This document shows, one piece after another, positions 1 to 9,893 of a stretch of DNA of 23,197 nt. Made by a program: the position numbers and the translations under genes. The first letter of the stretch is position 1. Each line of letters begins with the position of its first letter. The notes beneath the pieces were generated by a model that was given only the letters and a program-made list of their open reading frames with translations, ran no database searches and was not told the DNA's origin. This DNA is from Neovahlkampfia damariscottae (Eukaryota): positions 124,001-147,197 of the forward strand of contig JABLTG010000026.1 of NCBI GenBank assembly GCA_016618085.1, given 5' to 3'.

Positions 1-700
1 GAAGAAAATGTAGTTACATTTGTACCTGCGACTGTAATTGGTACAATTTCAAACAAACCATATGGACCAAAACCAACACCATTTTTCTTTTTTACATATG
101 TTGTTTTTGGTATTGCTGTCGTTGAGTTATTTTCTACTGTCAGTCTAAAAACATTAATTTTTGTTTAAAGTTTACTTGTATCCTAAGACAAGATAGTTTC
201 CGTTCTTCTTCCAACTTGAATCATAATTTGTAACTACAGTATCAAATTTCAGTTGCTTTTTTTCTGAGTTAAATTTAACCACAAACGTCAATGAAGCATC
301 TGAGTTCATTATTGAAGCAGTAAGATTGAATGACAGAGTTCCATTGAATACAATAGGTGTAGTAAATGACCAACTTAAAACTTAAAAATATCCAATGCTT
401 ACGTTAAGGAAGGTAAAGCTACAACAGTTCCACCAACTTTGAAATTATAGTCTTCTACAGTTTTAGTTTGATACATCAAGCTAAAGCTAGCATCATACCA
501 TACACCATCATTATGAGATATACTTTGAAATGAGTTAGTACTTTTTTTTTTCCTCACCGAAATGAAGGTACACCTATGACAGTTACTTCTATTGTTGTTC
601 CATTGTATGCAGAACGATAACCATTTAATATTTTAACGTATTCAAACTCTGAGCGTACAACTAAGAAAAGTATGAGTAGAGTTATAACCTTCAACAACAT
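1..700 (-). CDS. Secreted or surface glycoprotein of unknown function, 3'-partial, 3 introns (absent from the ORF track)
   Basis: ATG at 700. Exons 700-558, 522-403, 373-176 and 144-<1 are joined by GT-AG introns 557-523 (35 nt, TACTAAC branch), 402-374 (29 nt) and 175-145 (31 nt) into one open frame. It begins MLLKVITLLILFLVVRSEF (signal-peptide-like) and has several N-x-S/T sequons (NGT twice, NLT, NNS/NST, NVT). Confidence 0.85.
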
Positions 701-892
701 TACACTACAATAGAATCAGTTGACCAATCGGATATGTTTTTACTTGAAGAAGTGACATGAGATTTTTTTTTTTCCAAACAAGAGCCTTTCGATGGATTTT
801 TTTGATAAATAAATTTGAAACTGTTGTGTAGAATTTTTTTTTGTCAAAAATTTAATTTTTTATTTTTTTTTTTATTTTAAAATATAAGCAGC

Positions 893-1401
893 TTATTCTT
901 GTCCATTACTTTCATCTTGTGAAGTATTTGTCATTGAAGCAACGAATTTTTTATATTCAAATAAATCTGATTCAGAACAATTGATTTCTCTTAACATTTC
1001 TTTCCATTCGTTGTCGTTAAGTGGATTTCCCCATGACATTAAATTTTTTTTCAATTCTGATGCTGGGATATATCCTTTTCCTTCAGGGTCGAAACTTTGA
1101 AATGCTTGAAGTAAATGTTCACTTCTTGATGTATTTCTGAGTTTGGAAGCTAAAACTGCAAGAAATTCATTGAAAGGAATATATCCAGTAGCAGTAGGAT
1201 CACATTCTTCCATCATTTCTCTAATTTGATTTGATGTTGGTCTGAGACCTACTTCTTTCATTACAGTTTCTAAATCTAATTTTGAGATTTTTCCATCTTC
1301 ATCTTTATCGAAAAATTTGAATAAATCTTTAAATTCTTTGATTTGTTGTTGTGAAAGAGCTTCCTAATATTGTCAGTTTTTAGATTAAAGGTGTTTACCA
1401 T
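893..1401 (-). CDS. Calmodulin-like / myosin light chain-like EF-hand protein, 157 aa
   Basis: Exon 1 is only the ATG (1401-1399). Intron 1398-1364 is 35 nt (GTAAAC...ACTGAC...TAG) and exon 2 is 1363-893. The protein starts MEALSQQQIKEFKDLFKFFDKDEDGKISKLDL. EF loops are DKDEDGKISKLD, DPTATGYIPFNE and DPEGKGYIPASE; the fourth is degenerate. Confidence 0.9.
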
Positions 1402-1604
1402 TTCGTAGTGATTTTTGTGTTAATTGACGTTATGGTCTGTGATTGGGCAATTCCTTCCTTAAGTATTTTCATTGGACAAGGAAAGAATTTTTTTTCAACG
1501 ACAAAACTAAATATTTTCATACTAGGAACAATTTTATCAGTTTTAAAAAATATTATTTTTTTACACCAATAATATTCACGTAATATTTTTCCACAAAACG
1601 GACC
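1402..1604. promoter_or_regulatory. Divergent promoter region with CCAAT boxes
   Basis: 203 nt between head-to-head ATGs. ATTGG at 1442-1446 and 1471-1475, CCAAT at 1566-1570. Confidence 0.5.
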
Positions 1605-3334
1605 ATGGGTGTTAAAGGATTAACCTCATTCATCAGAACCAAATATCATTCTTCTATTAAATTCATAAACATTCAAGAAAAAATTCCTGAACAATCAACC
1701 ATAATCATTGATGGATATTCACTACTGTATTATTTATATCAACAATCAAATTTAGATTGGTTTAACGGTGGAGAATATGATGAATTTTCAAAATATGTTT
1801 TGAATTTTTTACATTTTTTTGACAAATTCAAATTGCTAATCATTTTTGATGGATGTCAAGAAGAGAGTAAAAGAAAAATGAAAATTAAGAGATCATCAAA
1901 ATATTCTCAATGGACAAAAATATTATTCAAATCGAAATTGAATCAAAAAATTGATGATAGAGATCATTTTAATCATGAAAGAATTTTTTTTTTACCTGTT
2001 CTTTCCTTTTCAATTTTTTTAAATATTTTGAAAAAATTGAAAAATGTAGAAATTGAACAATCACCTTTTGAAGCTGATCCTTATATGGCAAAAAGATCTT
2101 ATGAATTAAAGGGATATGTTTTATCTTCTGATTCTGATTTCATGATTTATAATACGAAAGGAATGATTGTATTGGATGAAATGGAATTAAAAGAAGTGGA
2201 AGGAAAAAAAGAAATTTGGAGTATTTTAGTGAATCAAAATGATGTTGCATTCCATTTAAGAGTTACAAAAAATGTAATAATCACCTTTTTATTTTTTTTT
2301 TTAAACTTTAAAAGCATTTACCATTATTGACATGTTTGACAGGAAATGATTATATTTCAGAAAATGTACTGGTAGAATTTCATCAAAAAATATTTAAAAA
2401 ATATGGAGGATCAAAGAAAAATCATATATTTCGTGTTGGATTATATTTGAGAGATAACTTGATGGATCTCGAAAAAGAAAATATTTTGAAATTTTTGAAA
2501 GAAGTATTCCCAAATGATGAATTGAGAAAAGAAATAATGAAAATTCATGATTTTTATAATATAAAGTATATGCCTAAGGATCATTCTTTTTATGATTATC
2601 ATTCAATTGTGAAAGGAGATGATTTGTTGATTTTTGATACCAAAGAGAAGTTGATTGAAAATTTTAAAAATTTAAATGTGCACTCTTGTTTAATAGATTC
2701 AATTTTATTTAATAATGTCAATTGGATTTCAATTTTAGAAAATGATGAGAAAGGATCTCATCATCATTGGAGGTTTTTTAGACAGAGGTTATTTTCAATG
2801 TTAGTCAACGAAAATACAATTATCATTGAAAATTATCTTTCAAGTGGAAATTATTGTTCTCATAAGTTACAAGTAACAAAATCAAATGAAATATTCGATT
2901 TTCAAAATTCAAAAAATGCATTCAAAAAAATTTGGAATTTAACAGATGATTTTGAATGTCAAGAGAATTTATTGCCATTGATATGTGTTTTAAAATGGAT
3001 GAAAAAAATATTTCAAAACTCAATTGAAAATGAATTTGATTGTTTTTTGATTAGTTTATTGATCAAAGAAAAGAGTAAAGAATCAAATACTTTCATTTCA
3101 TCAAAAATTCAAAATCTTTCATCAAAATTTCAACTTGGTTTGTATTACGCAAATATAATTAATGATTTATTACAAGTTCCATTTGAAATGGAAGAGATAA
3201 ATTTAATGTATTCAGGTGAAACATTTTCGAAACTATTTTCAACTTTGAAATCAAAAGATTCAACTATTGAACAATTGATTAAAAAATACAACATTAATGA
3301 AAAATTTCAAATGATAAAAAAAACTATTGAATGA
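1605..3334 (+). CDS. ASTE1: Asteroid/ASTE1-family XPG/FEN1-like PIN-domain nuclease, 562 aa
   Basis: Exons 1605-2273 and 2315-3334. The 41-nt intron 2274-2314 joins the two track ORFs as LRVTKN|HLPLLTCLTGNDY. Motifs MGVKGL, IDG, FDG, FEAD, SSDSDF and GNDY are typical of Asteroid-type PIN nucleases. Confidence 0.85.
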
Positions 3335-3358
3335 ATAAAAACTTCATTTTAAATTTAC

Positions 3359-4454
3359 TTAATAAAATTCATGATACGAAGAAGGACACATTTGTTCACA
3401 AGCATCACTTGCTAAATAAAAATGTTAAAACAAAAGTTAAATTACTATTCAAATCTTTTTGATACACATTTTGACAATATCTGCATTTTAACATTTCATT
3501 CGGAATATCATCTTTTTTAAATTATCAATTAATGAATTACTCAATAAATACTTAGACCTTTTATCACAAATCAATAATATTCCTTTGGAATTCACATCAA
3601 TGGATATAAATTTTTTTTGATTTCCAATATTTATACTTGATTCTTTTTGAAATTTTGTAGTTCCACTAAATAATTCACCATTTATATTGATTGAATATAT
3701 TTTGTTTCGATAACATTTTAATAATCTTGGTTTAGATTCTTTCATTTCTGATAATTCTGATTCTTTCCAAATAATTTTTTTTTTTCAGTTGTTGAAAAGT
3801 ATATTCTTCCCGAATTAGATAATAAACCAATCATTGAATCAATAATATCTATTTTTGTAATTCTTTCTTTTCTAAAATAAATTATTTTTTCTTCAAAATT
3901 TTTGAATTCTTTTTTGTCAATATAAAATGCATTTCCATTTTTAAATATACCTCCAAATCTATTTTCTGAGGTGACAATATCAAAAACATTTGATAATATT
4001 TTCCATGTTTCATTCAAATAAACATCTCCATTTTCTGTTAATACAATTCCTGAACTAATTTTTTTTATCTTTTCTTTGAATCCTGTAATGAATTGTTTAT
4101 TTTTTGAATCTAATTTCCATTTTGTTTTTATTGATTCCTTTGAATTTGAAAAACTCATTAATTCAATAATATTTGAAGAATACAAAATTGAAATTGAATA
4201 AAATCACAATCAACTTGTTTAATGAAACCAACTTCAAAATCATCACTTAAATCACATTTTATCTTATTTTTTGGAATAATCAATTGACAAGGTGTTCTTT
4301 CATTATAATCTGTGATGATAAAATATTATACTAAATTCTCCCATATTTTTTGTTCATTTGAAACTTTTTTAAATTGATCACAAACTCTTTCCATTTTTCT
4401 TAATTCTACAGGGTTTAAATAACTGAAAATAAAAAATAAAATATCTTCAATCAT
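3359..4454 (-). pseudogene. F-box protein with RCC1-like/beta-propeller repeats and a C-terminal Cys/His motif; reading frame disrupted (pseudogene, assembly error or recoding)
   Basis: ATG 4454 gives an F-box, MIEDILFFIFSYLNPVELRKMERVCDQFKKVSNEQKIWENL, followed by an in-frame TAA at 4328-4326. Three successive -1 frame changes follow, near the T4 run (4203-4200), A11 run (3785-3775) and A6 run (3518-3513). RCC1-like segments include IVLTENGDVY, LLSNSGRIYF and ININGELF. An intact 34-nt intron (3445-3412) yields KCRYCQNVYQKDLNTSDACEQMCPSSYHEFY*. Confidence 0.65.
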
Positions 4455-4686
4455 TCATTCTTCTTTTTCAGGTTTTTTATAATTTTTTTTGAATTCTTTG
4501 ACTTTAGTTTTTAATTTTTCTAATTTTAAATTGTATTCTTTGAATTGTTTTTTTGCTTTTTATTCAATAAATTACCTTCATATAACCAAGAATTCAACTA
4601 AAAAATTTTTCAGAAAATTTTTTTGTTGCCTGATTTGATAAAGACATTAGATTTTTGAAAAACGATTTTATTGGTCAATTGATATT

Positions 4687-6272
4687 ATGAAAACCAACCG
4701 CAACTGTGAACATCAAGTCAACAAAAATTTTACCTTCAAAAAAGTGGACATACACCATTGTGATATCTGTGATGATGATAAAAAGAATAGATATTGCATG
4801 ACATGTTCTGAAATATTTTGTACAATCGATTTTAGACATATTACAAGACATTTTGAAGAAACTAATCATAATCTATTTTTCTCATTCGAAGAAAATAATA
4901 TTTTATGCCAAAAATGCAATGAAATCATCAATTATCCTATTTTAACAATTCCTGATTTCTATACGCAATTGGAAGTAGATTTGAAAATAGATTTGCCAAT
5001 CATCATTGAAAATATTTTTGGAGAAGTATGCGAATTTTATAAAAAGAATGATATTTTATTAATGAATGAAATATCTTATTATTTTAATGTTCAATCGTTC
5101 AAATTGTTTGATAATAGAAATGTGGAGGTTGAAACTCTTGTCGAAGGAAACAAGTATCATCTTGTTGGTGATGAATTACCTTTTGAATCATTTAATATCG
5201 AACCTAAATTTAAAACAGGTGTTATTTTTGATGAGAGAGTTTTGAATCATAAAATTGACAGATATCATCCTGAAAATCCAAATAGAGTGAAAATGATTTT
5301 GAATTATTTTCGAAAATCAAAAATAATGGATAATTGCAAAATTTTGAAATCTAGAAAGGCAAAAATAGAAGAATTAACTATAGTTCATTCTAATGGGTAT
5401 GTGAATGCAGTTATTAACAATGAAAAATTTGATCATCACTCAGATGTGTATTTTGATGAAAATACATCAGAAGCAGCATTATACGCAAGTGGATGTGTTT
5501 TAGAATTGTTAAATAGTATTGCTAAAAGTGATATTGATAATGGATTCGCAATAGTACGACCTCCAGGTCATCATGCTGGAATACAAACAGCAATGTAATT
5601 TTGTTCATTTTTTTTTTATTGTTCAATAGGGGATTTTGTTTTTTCAATCATGTTGCAGTTGCAGCAAGAAATGCAATTCAAAACTACAATATGAAGAAAG
5701 TATTAATTTTTGATTGGGACATACATCATGGAAATGGAACAGAAGAAATTTTCTATGAATCAAATGATGTTTTATTTTTTTCGATTCATTCATATGGAAA
5801 GTTCTATCCAGGATCTGGAAACACAAAAGATATTGGAAACCAAAATGGAAAAGGTTTCAATGTTAATATTCCATTAGAAGGATCTGGATATGGAGACACT
5901 GAATATTTAATGGTAATGAAAGAGATTGTCATACCGATTTTAAAAGAATTCAATCCTGATATAGTTATAATTTCAGGTGGATTTGATGCAGTAAAAGGTG
6001 ATTTACTTGGTAGAAATTGTCTTTCTCCAAAATTCTATGGTCAAATGACTCAATTGTTCAAAGATAATTCAAATGGGAAAATTATGTTGGTTCTTGAAGG
6101 TGGATACAATATTGGAGAAACTAATAAGTGTCTATTTGAATGCACAAAAGCATTATTACAGAACTCTAAATTTGATAATGAAACTAAGTCTTTCTTGAAA
6201 GAAAAAGAAATCAAAGAAATTATTGAGCAAGTAAAATTGTGTCAAAAGAAATACTGGAAATGTTTTCAATAA
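4687..6272 (+). CDS. Class II histone deacetylase (HDAC6/Hda1-like) with N-terminal ZnF-UBP-like domain, 516 aa
   Basis: Exons 4687-5594 and 5630-6272; the 35-nt intron 5595-5629 restores TAMGFCFFN. Catalytic motifs HPENPNR, RPPGHHA, DWDIHHGNGT, SIH, YPGSG, SGGFDAVKGDLLG and LEGGY are all present. The N-terminal CxH..CxxC..CxxC..C..H..H..H..CxxC pattern matches ZnF-UBP. Confidence 0.93.
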
Positions 6273-6278
6273 AATCAT

Positions 6279-8099
6279 TTATTTTCTCACTAAATCTTTT
6301 TCAATTTTATCAAGATCAATTTTCTTTTGTGCCATTTCTTTTTCAACATCTGTGAAACTTGGTAAAATTTTTGACATTGATTCAAGAACATCTTTTCTTT
6401 TCAATCTTGATAAAAGAACATAAGAAATGTCCAAATTATAATTTTGTAAAGCCAATTCTAAGGCTGTCAAATTAGCATTGTTTTGAATATTCAAATCAGG
6501 TAAGTATGAAATCAAGTACTGAATAACCGAAACATTTCTATTGTTCAAACAAGCTTCCATTAAAGGTGTATTTCCATGTGTGTTGACAGAATTGATTGGA
6601 ATTTTACGAGCTAAAAATTTGACAATTGGAACTAAATTATGTCTTGCAGCAATATGTAAAGCAGTATTTCCTTCTTCATTTGTTGCTTTAATATTAGCAC
6701 CTTTTTGTTGAATTAATCTAAAGCAATGCATATTCCAACCCCAATGATTTTCACAACAATTTAAAAAGACAGTATTGCCCCAATTATTTCTAATTTCTAA
6801 ATTTCCTCCAAGTTGAATCAATTTGGTTGTTGCCCACAATAATCCATATCTTGTTGATAGATGAAGGTACGTATCTCCATCATGATCTTTTGCTGATAAA
6901 TCTAAATTCTTCTTTGAAAATATGTCTATTAAATCAATCAATTTTTGTTCATCTTTTGCAATACGTAAAACCAAATGTAATGGTGTATTTTCTTCATAGT
7001 CTTTGACATTTACAGAAGCACCTTTTTCCAACAACATATTGATTATATCCATGTTATAATTGAAACATGCAGCACACATTGGTTCATAATCTTTGCATTC
7101 AATAGCAGCTCCTTTATCCAATAAGTATTCAACAACTGATTTATAATTACTATCACAAGCATAATAAAGCATTGTTTTGTTATATTTATCTTTTTGATCA
7201 ATTGTCACATTATTTTTTTTCATCCAATATTTAACTTGTCCTAAATATTCTTTTTCAAATCCTGGGTGTTTTCTAACTTTTGGACCTAATGAAACTGTAT
7301 ACTCAGTGAAATTAATGGTGTCAAAACTTGCATTTGGATGAAGAACATAACCAACTTCCATCTCACCAAAATTTACATTTGAAAAATTCATTGAATTTAT
7401 CTTTTTTTTTAATTCTTCATCTTTTTGATAATCACCATAAAGATGAAAACATGATGTTTCAACTTTTTCTAAAAATGAATGGTTTGTATTGACAAGTTGA
7501 TTTAATAAACCAGTAGTTTCGGTTGCAGTTTGATAAACATGAACTTCACCTTCTCTTTCATAAATCAAAAGTGAGATTGATCTTTCTTCGTCTTTGTATT
7601 TCTTGAATGCTTCTCCAACTTCCTTTTTTAATTCTTCCAACTTCACACCATTTTTCGGTTTCAAATAAATTTTCATCATAACTGGTGTTTTGCTTTTATT
7701 TTCAAAGTCAGCATCTTCATTAATCATATAACCTTCATATGTTGGATATTCTGGTTGTAAAGTTTTTGATAAGTACGTTCTCAAATATTGTTGACCTTCA
7801 AAACCGAGTGCGAGGGTTTTTTGTGACTTTCTGAATTCAGGTGAAAATGTTTTAGCATATTGCTCTTGAAGATGTGTTGCTTTGGCATGTTCAAAGAAAG
7901 CAGTTTCATTATAATAAAGTTCAGTGAATTCTATTTTTGTTGGTTCATCTTTTGAATTTGGTCTGGTGAACAGAAATGTGATACATCCTTTGTAGCCACT
8001 ATCAATTTGATGTTGTTTAATTACGTTAAGAGCATCAAGAATCACTTTTGTTGATTCTGGTGAAGTTGTTTCGTATTGTACTGACAAGAAGTAAGGCAT
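6279..8099 (-). CDS. Two ABM-like (dimeric alpha-beta barrel) domains fused to ankyrin repeats, 606 aa
   Basis: Single uninterrupted ORF. The C-terminal half has ankyrin consensus repeats (ENTPLHLV, GDTYLHLS, GNTALHIAA, GNTPLMEAC, NLTALELA). The N-terminal GCITFLF..PTKIEFTELYYNETAFFEH resembles the ABM/quinol monooxygenase motif. The ankyrin call is firm; the ABM call is moderate. Confidence 0.8.
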   Translation of the reverse strand: MPYFLSVQYETTSPESTKVILDALNVIKQHQIDSGYKGCITFLFTRPNSKDEPTKIEFTELYYNETAFFEHAKATHLQEQYAKTFSPEFRKSQKTLALGFEGQQYLRTYLSKTLQPEYPTYEGYMINEDADFENKSKTPVMMKIYLKPKNGVKLEELKKEVGEAFKKYKDEERSISLLIYEREGEVHVYQTATETTGLLNQLVNTNHSFLEKVETSCFHLYGDYQKDEELKKKINSMNFSNVNFGEMEVGYVLHPNASFDTINFTEYTVSLGPKVRKHPGFEKEYLGQVKYWMKKNNVTIDQKDKYNKTMLYYACDSNYKSVVEYLLDKGAAIECKDYEPMCAACFNYNMDIINMLLEKGASVNVKDYEENTPLHLVLRIAKDEQKLIDLIDIFSKKNLDLSAKDHDGDTYLHLSTRYGLLWATTKLIQLGGNLEIRNNWGNTVFLNCCENHWGWNMHCFRLIQQKGANIKATNEEGNTALHIAARHNLVPIVKFLARKIPINSVNTHGNTPLMEACLNNRNVSVIQYLISYLPDLNIQNNANLTALELALQNYNLDISYVLLSRLKRKDVLESMSKILPSFTDVEKEMAQKKIDLDKIEKDLVRK

Positions 8100-8335
8100 T
8101 TTGTGTTCTGAATTATAAAATAAGACAACTTTTACAGTTCAAAGTGACTATTTTTAGTTTGTTTTTGAAGAAAAATAAGCCATGTTATTGGATACTTGAA
8201 CTTTTGAATTTGCCAAATCGTCCAAGTGTGAATTTATTGGTTATTAATTTCCCACCAATTAAACACCACCACAATTATTCGTTGTGGGCGTTAAATGACC
8301 AATGAAAAAAACAGGTTTTCCGTTGAAGAAACTCA
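8100..8335. promoter_or_regulatory. Divergent promoter region with four CCAAT boxes
   Basis: ATTGG at 8187-8191 and 8236-8240; CCAAT at 8255-8259 and 8299-8303 (context TGACCAATGA). Confidence 0.55.
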
Positions 8336-9295
8336 ATGCAAGAATTCACCACGAAACACACATTAGCTCCTCAATATCAGATAAACTCTGATAAACTGAT
8401 AGCAATTGGCGATATCCACGGAAATCTTCCAAATTTGAAAAAATTGTTGACAAAATTAAAAGAATTTGAAGATTACACAATTGTATTTTTAGGTGACTAT
8501 ATTGATCGAGGAATATATGTCAAAGAAACAGTCCAATATTTGATAGATTTTAAAAAACAAAGACGAAACAATTCAACTTATTATTTATTGGGAAATCATG
8601 AATATGCTTTAGGTTTATTTCTTGGTTTATGGGAACCAAAAGAAGATTTTGATTTCAGTGAAACATGGAAAAATCATTCAAATTTTTATGAATTATGGAA
8701 TGGCAACGAAAACGAAGAAAATGCAATGCATCTTGAAGGAAGAAGATATGGTGGTTGTTCAACATATTCTTCTGCGACAACTTTCAAAAGTTATGGTTGT
8801 AGAAATGGTGACAGAGATGCTTTATTAAGAAATATGCCACAAGAACACATTAATTTCATCAAAGAAATGCCATGGATTTTAGAATCAAAAAATTATTATT
8901 TCGTTCATGCTGGGTTGGATGAAGAAAATTTAGAAAATCAATTAAGAGATTTAGAATCAAAAAACGTTTCAAGAGAAAGATTAGAAACTCTATGCGGAAG
9001 AAGATTTAACAAAATTTCAAACAAAACAGTTGTTTCAGGTCATACTTATGTTCAAGAAGTAGAAATCACAAAAAATAGGATTTTATGTGATACATCAGGA
9101 GGTAGATTTGATAAACCTATTAGTGCTATCGTACTAGATTCAAAAAAGGTCATTCAAAGTTTTGAAACTGTGAAAACAAATTTAAAATTAAAAAGAAAAT
9201 CAAATCAAATATTTCCAAATTTCTCTTATGTATTATCAACAGCTGTATTACTTTATGGATTCTTAAAAATGTATGGAGGAGTAACTTTCATATAA
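8336..9295 (+). CDS. Bacterial-like PPP metallophosphatase, Rhizobiale-like phosphatase (RLPH) family, with hydrophobic C-terminal tail, 319 aa
   Basis: PPP motifs GDIHG, GDYIDRG, GNHE, VHAG and SGH. RLPH-type signatures MHLEGRRYGG, TFKSYG, LCGR and DTSGG..KPISAIVL resemble plant RLPH2 as recalled (MHLQGRRWAG, TFESYG, DEGGG..PVAAIVL). Confidence 0.85.
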   Translation: MQEFTTKHTLAPQYQINSDKLIAIGDIHGNLPNLKKLLTKLKEFEDYTIVFLGDYIDRGIYVKETVQYLIDFKKQRRNNSTYYLLGNHEYALGLFLGLWEPKEDFDFSETWKNHSNFYELWNGNENEENAMHLEGRRYGGCSTYSSATTFKSYGCRNGDRDALLRNMPQEHINFIKEMPWILESKNYYFVHAGLDEENLENQLRDLESKNVSRERLETLCGRRFNKISNKTVVSGHTYVQEVEITKNRILCDTSGGRFDKPISAIVLDSKKVIQSFETVKTNLKLKRKSNQIFPNFSYVLSTAVLLYGFLKMYGGVTFI

Positions 9296-9320
9296 AAGTT
9301 TAATTTATTTACAAAATTTT

Positions 9321-9893
9321 TCATCTTCTTACGCTTTGGTATAGACCTGCGAAAAATACAACTATTCCCATGAATGACTTCCAACCTAACATGTCAAAAT
9401 TTTGTAATGTCCAATATGCTAAAGATTGTAAAGTTCCTTGATTTCTTGGAGCTTCACCAAGATTATCTCCAAATCGAATGTTTTCTTGAAATTGTTTTCT
9501 TAAATATTTTTCTCTTAAAACTCTTCTTTGTTGATGTTCTGGTAATCTATCAAACTGTTCTGGTGTCATTTGATCCACTCTGTCCAAAATTCCGTCTCTG
9601 TTTCGTCTGTATCTTTGAGGCATTAACCTCTGACTTCCTGTATAACTAGAAAATGGATCTCCTGATTCATTTATAGAAGGAAGTCCATGAACTAGCGACT
9701 GTATTCTGTATCCTAAAATTAATTTCAAACGAATTCGATTATTTTCGTAAACATGTGGAGAAACAGCAACCAAATAAGAACTGTCGTTTTCATATAGTCT
9801 TGATTCAATATCAGTATCATCTATATATGGGTCATCTATTGGTGGTCCACCTTCATTGTAATTGTAATCAAAGTTTGGAGAATTTCTGAACAT
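9321..9893 (-). CDS. Hypothetical protein with C-terminal transmembrane segment, 190 aa
   Basis: Intronless ORF filling the space between its neighbours, with CCAAT boxes just upstream (9908-9912, 9927-9931). The C-terminus is WKSFMGIVVFFAGLYQSVRR. No family recognised. Confidence 0.75.
   Translation of the reverse strand: MFRNSPNFDYNYNEGGPPIDDPYIDDTDIESRLYENDSSYLVAVSPHVYENNRIRLKLILGYRIQSLVHGLPSINESGDPFSSYTGSQRLMPQRYRRNRDGILDRVDQMTPEQFDRLPEHQQRRVLREKYLRKQFQENIRFGDNLGEAPRNQGTLQSLAYWTLQNFDMLGWKSFMGIVVFFAGLYQSVRR

Noticed and set aside
4260..4331. Euplotes-type +1 frameshift at AAA-TAA after a 35-nt intron (4331-4297) in the F-box gene
   Set aside because: It would restore the frame, but it is a single instance. 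AAA-TAA is a genuine terminator in four other genes here, and other repairs fit equally well.
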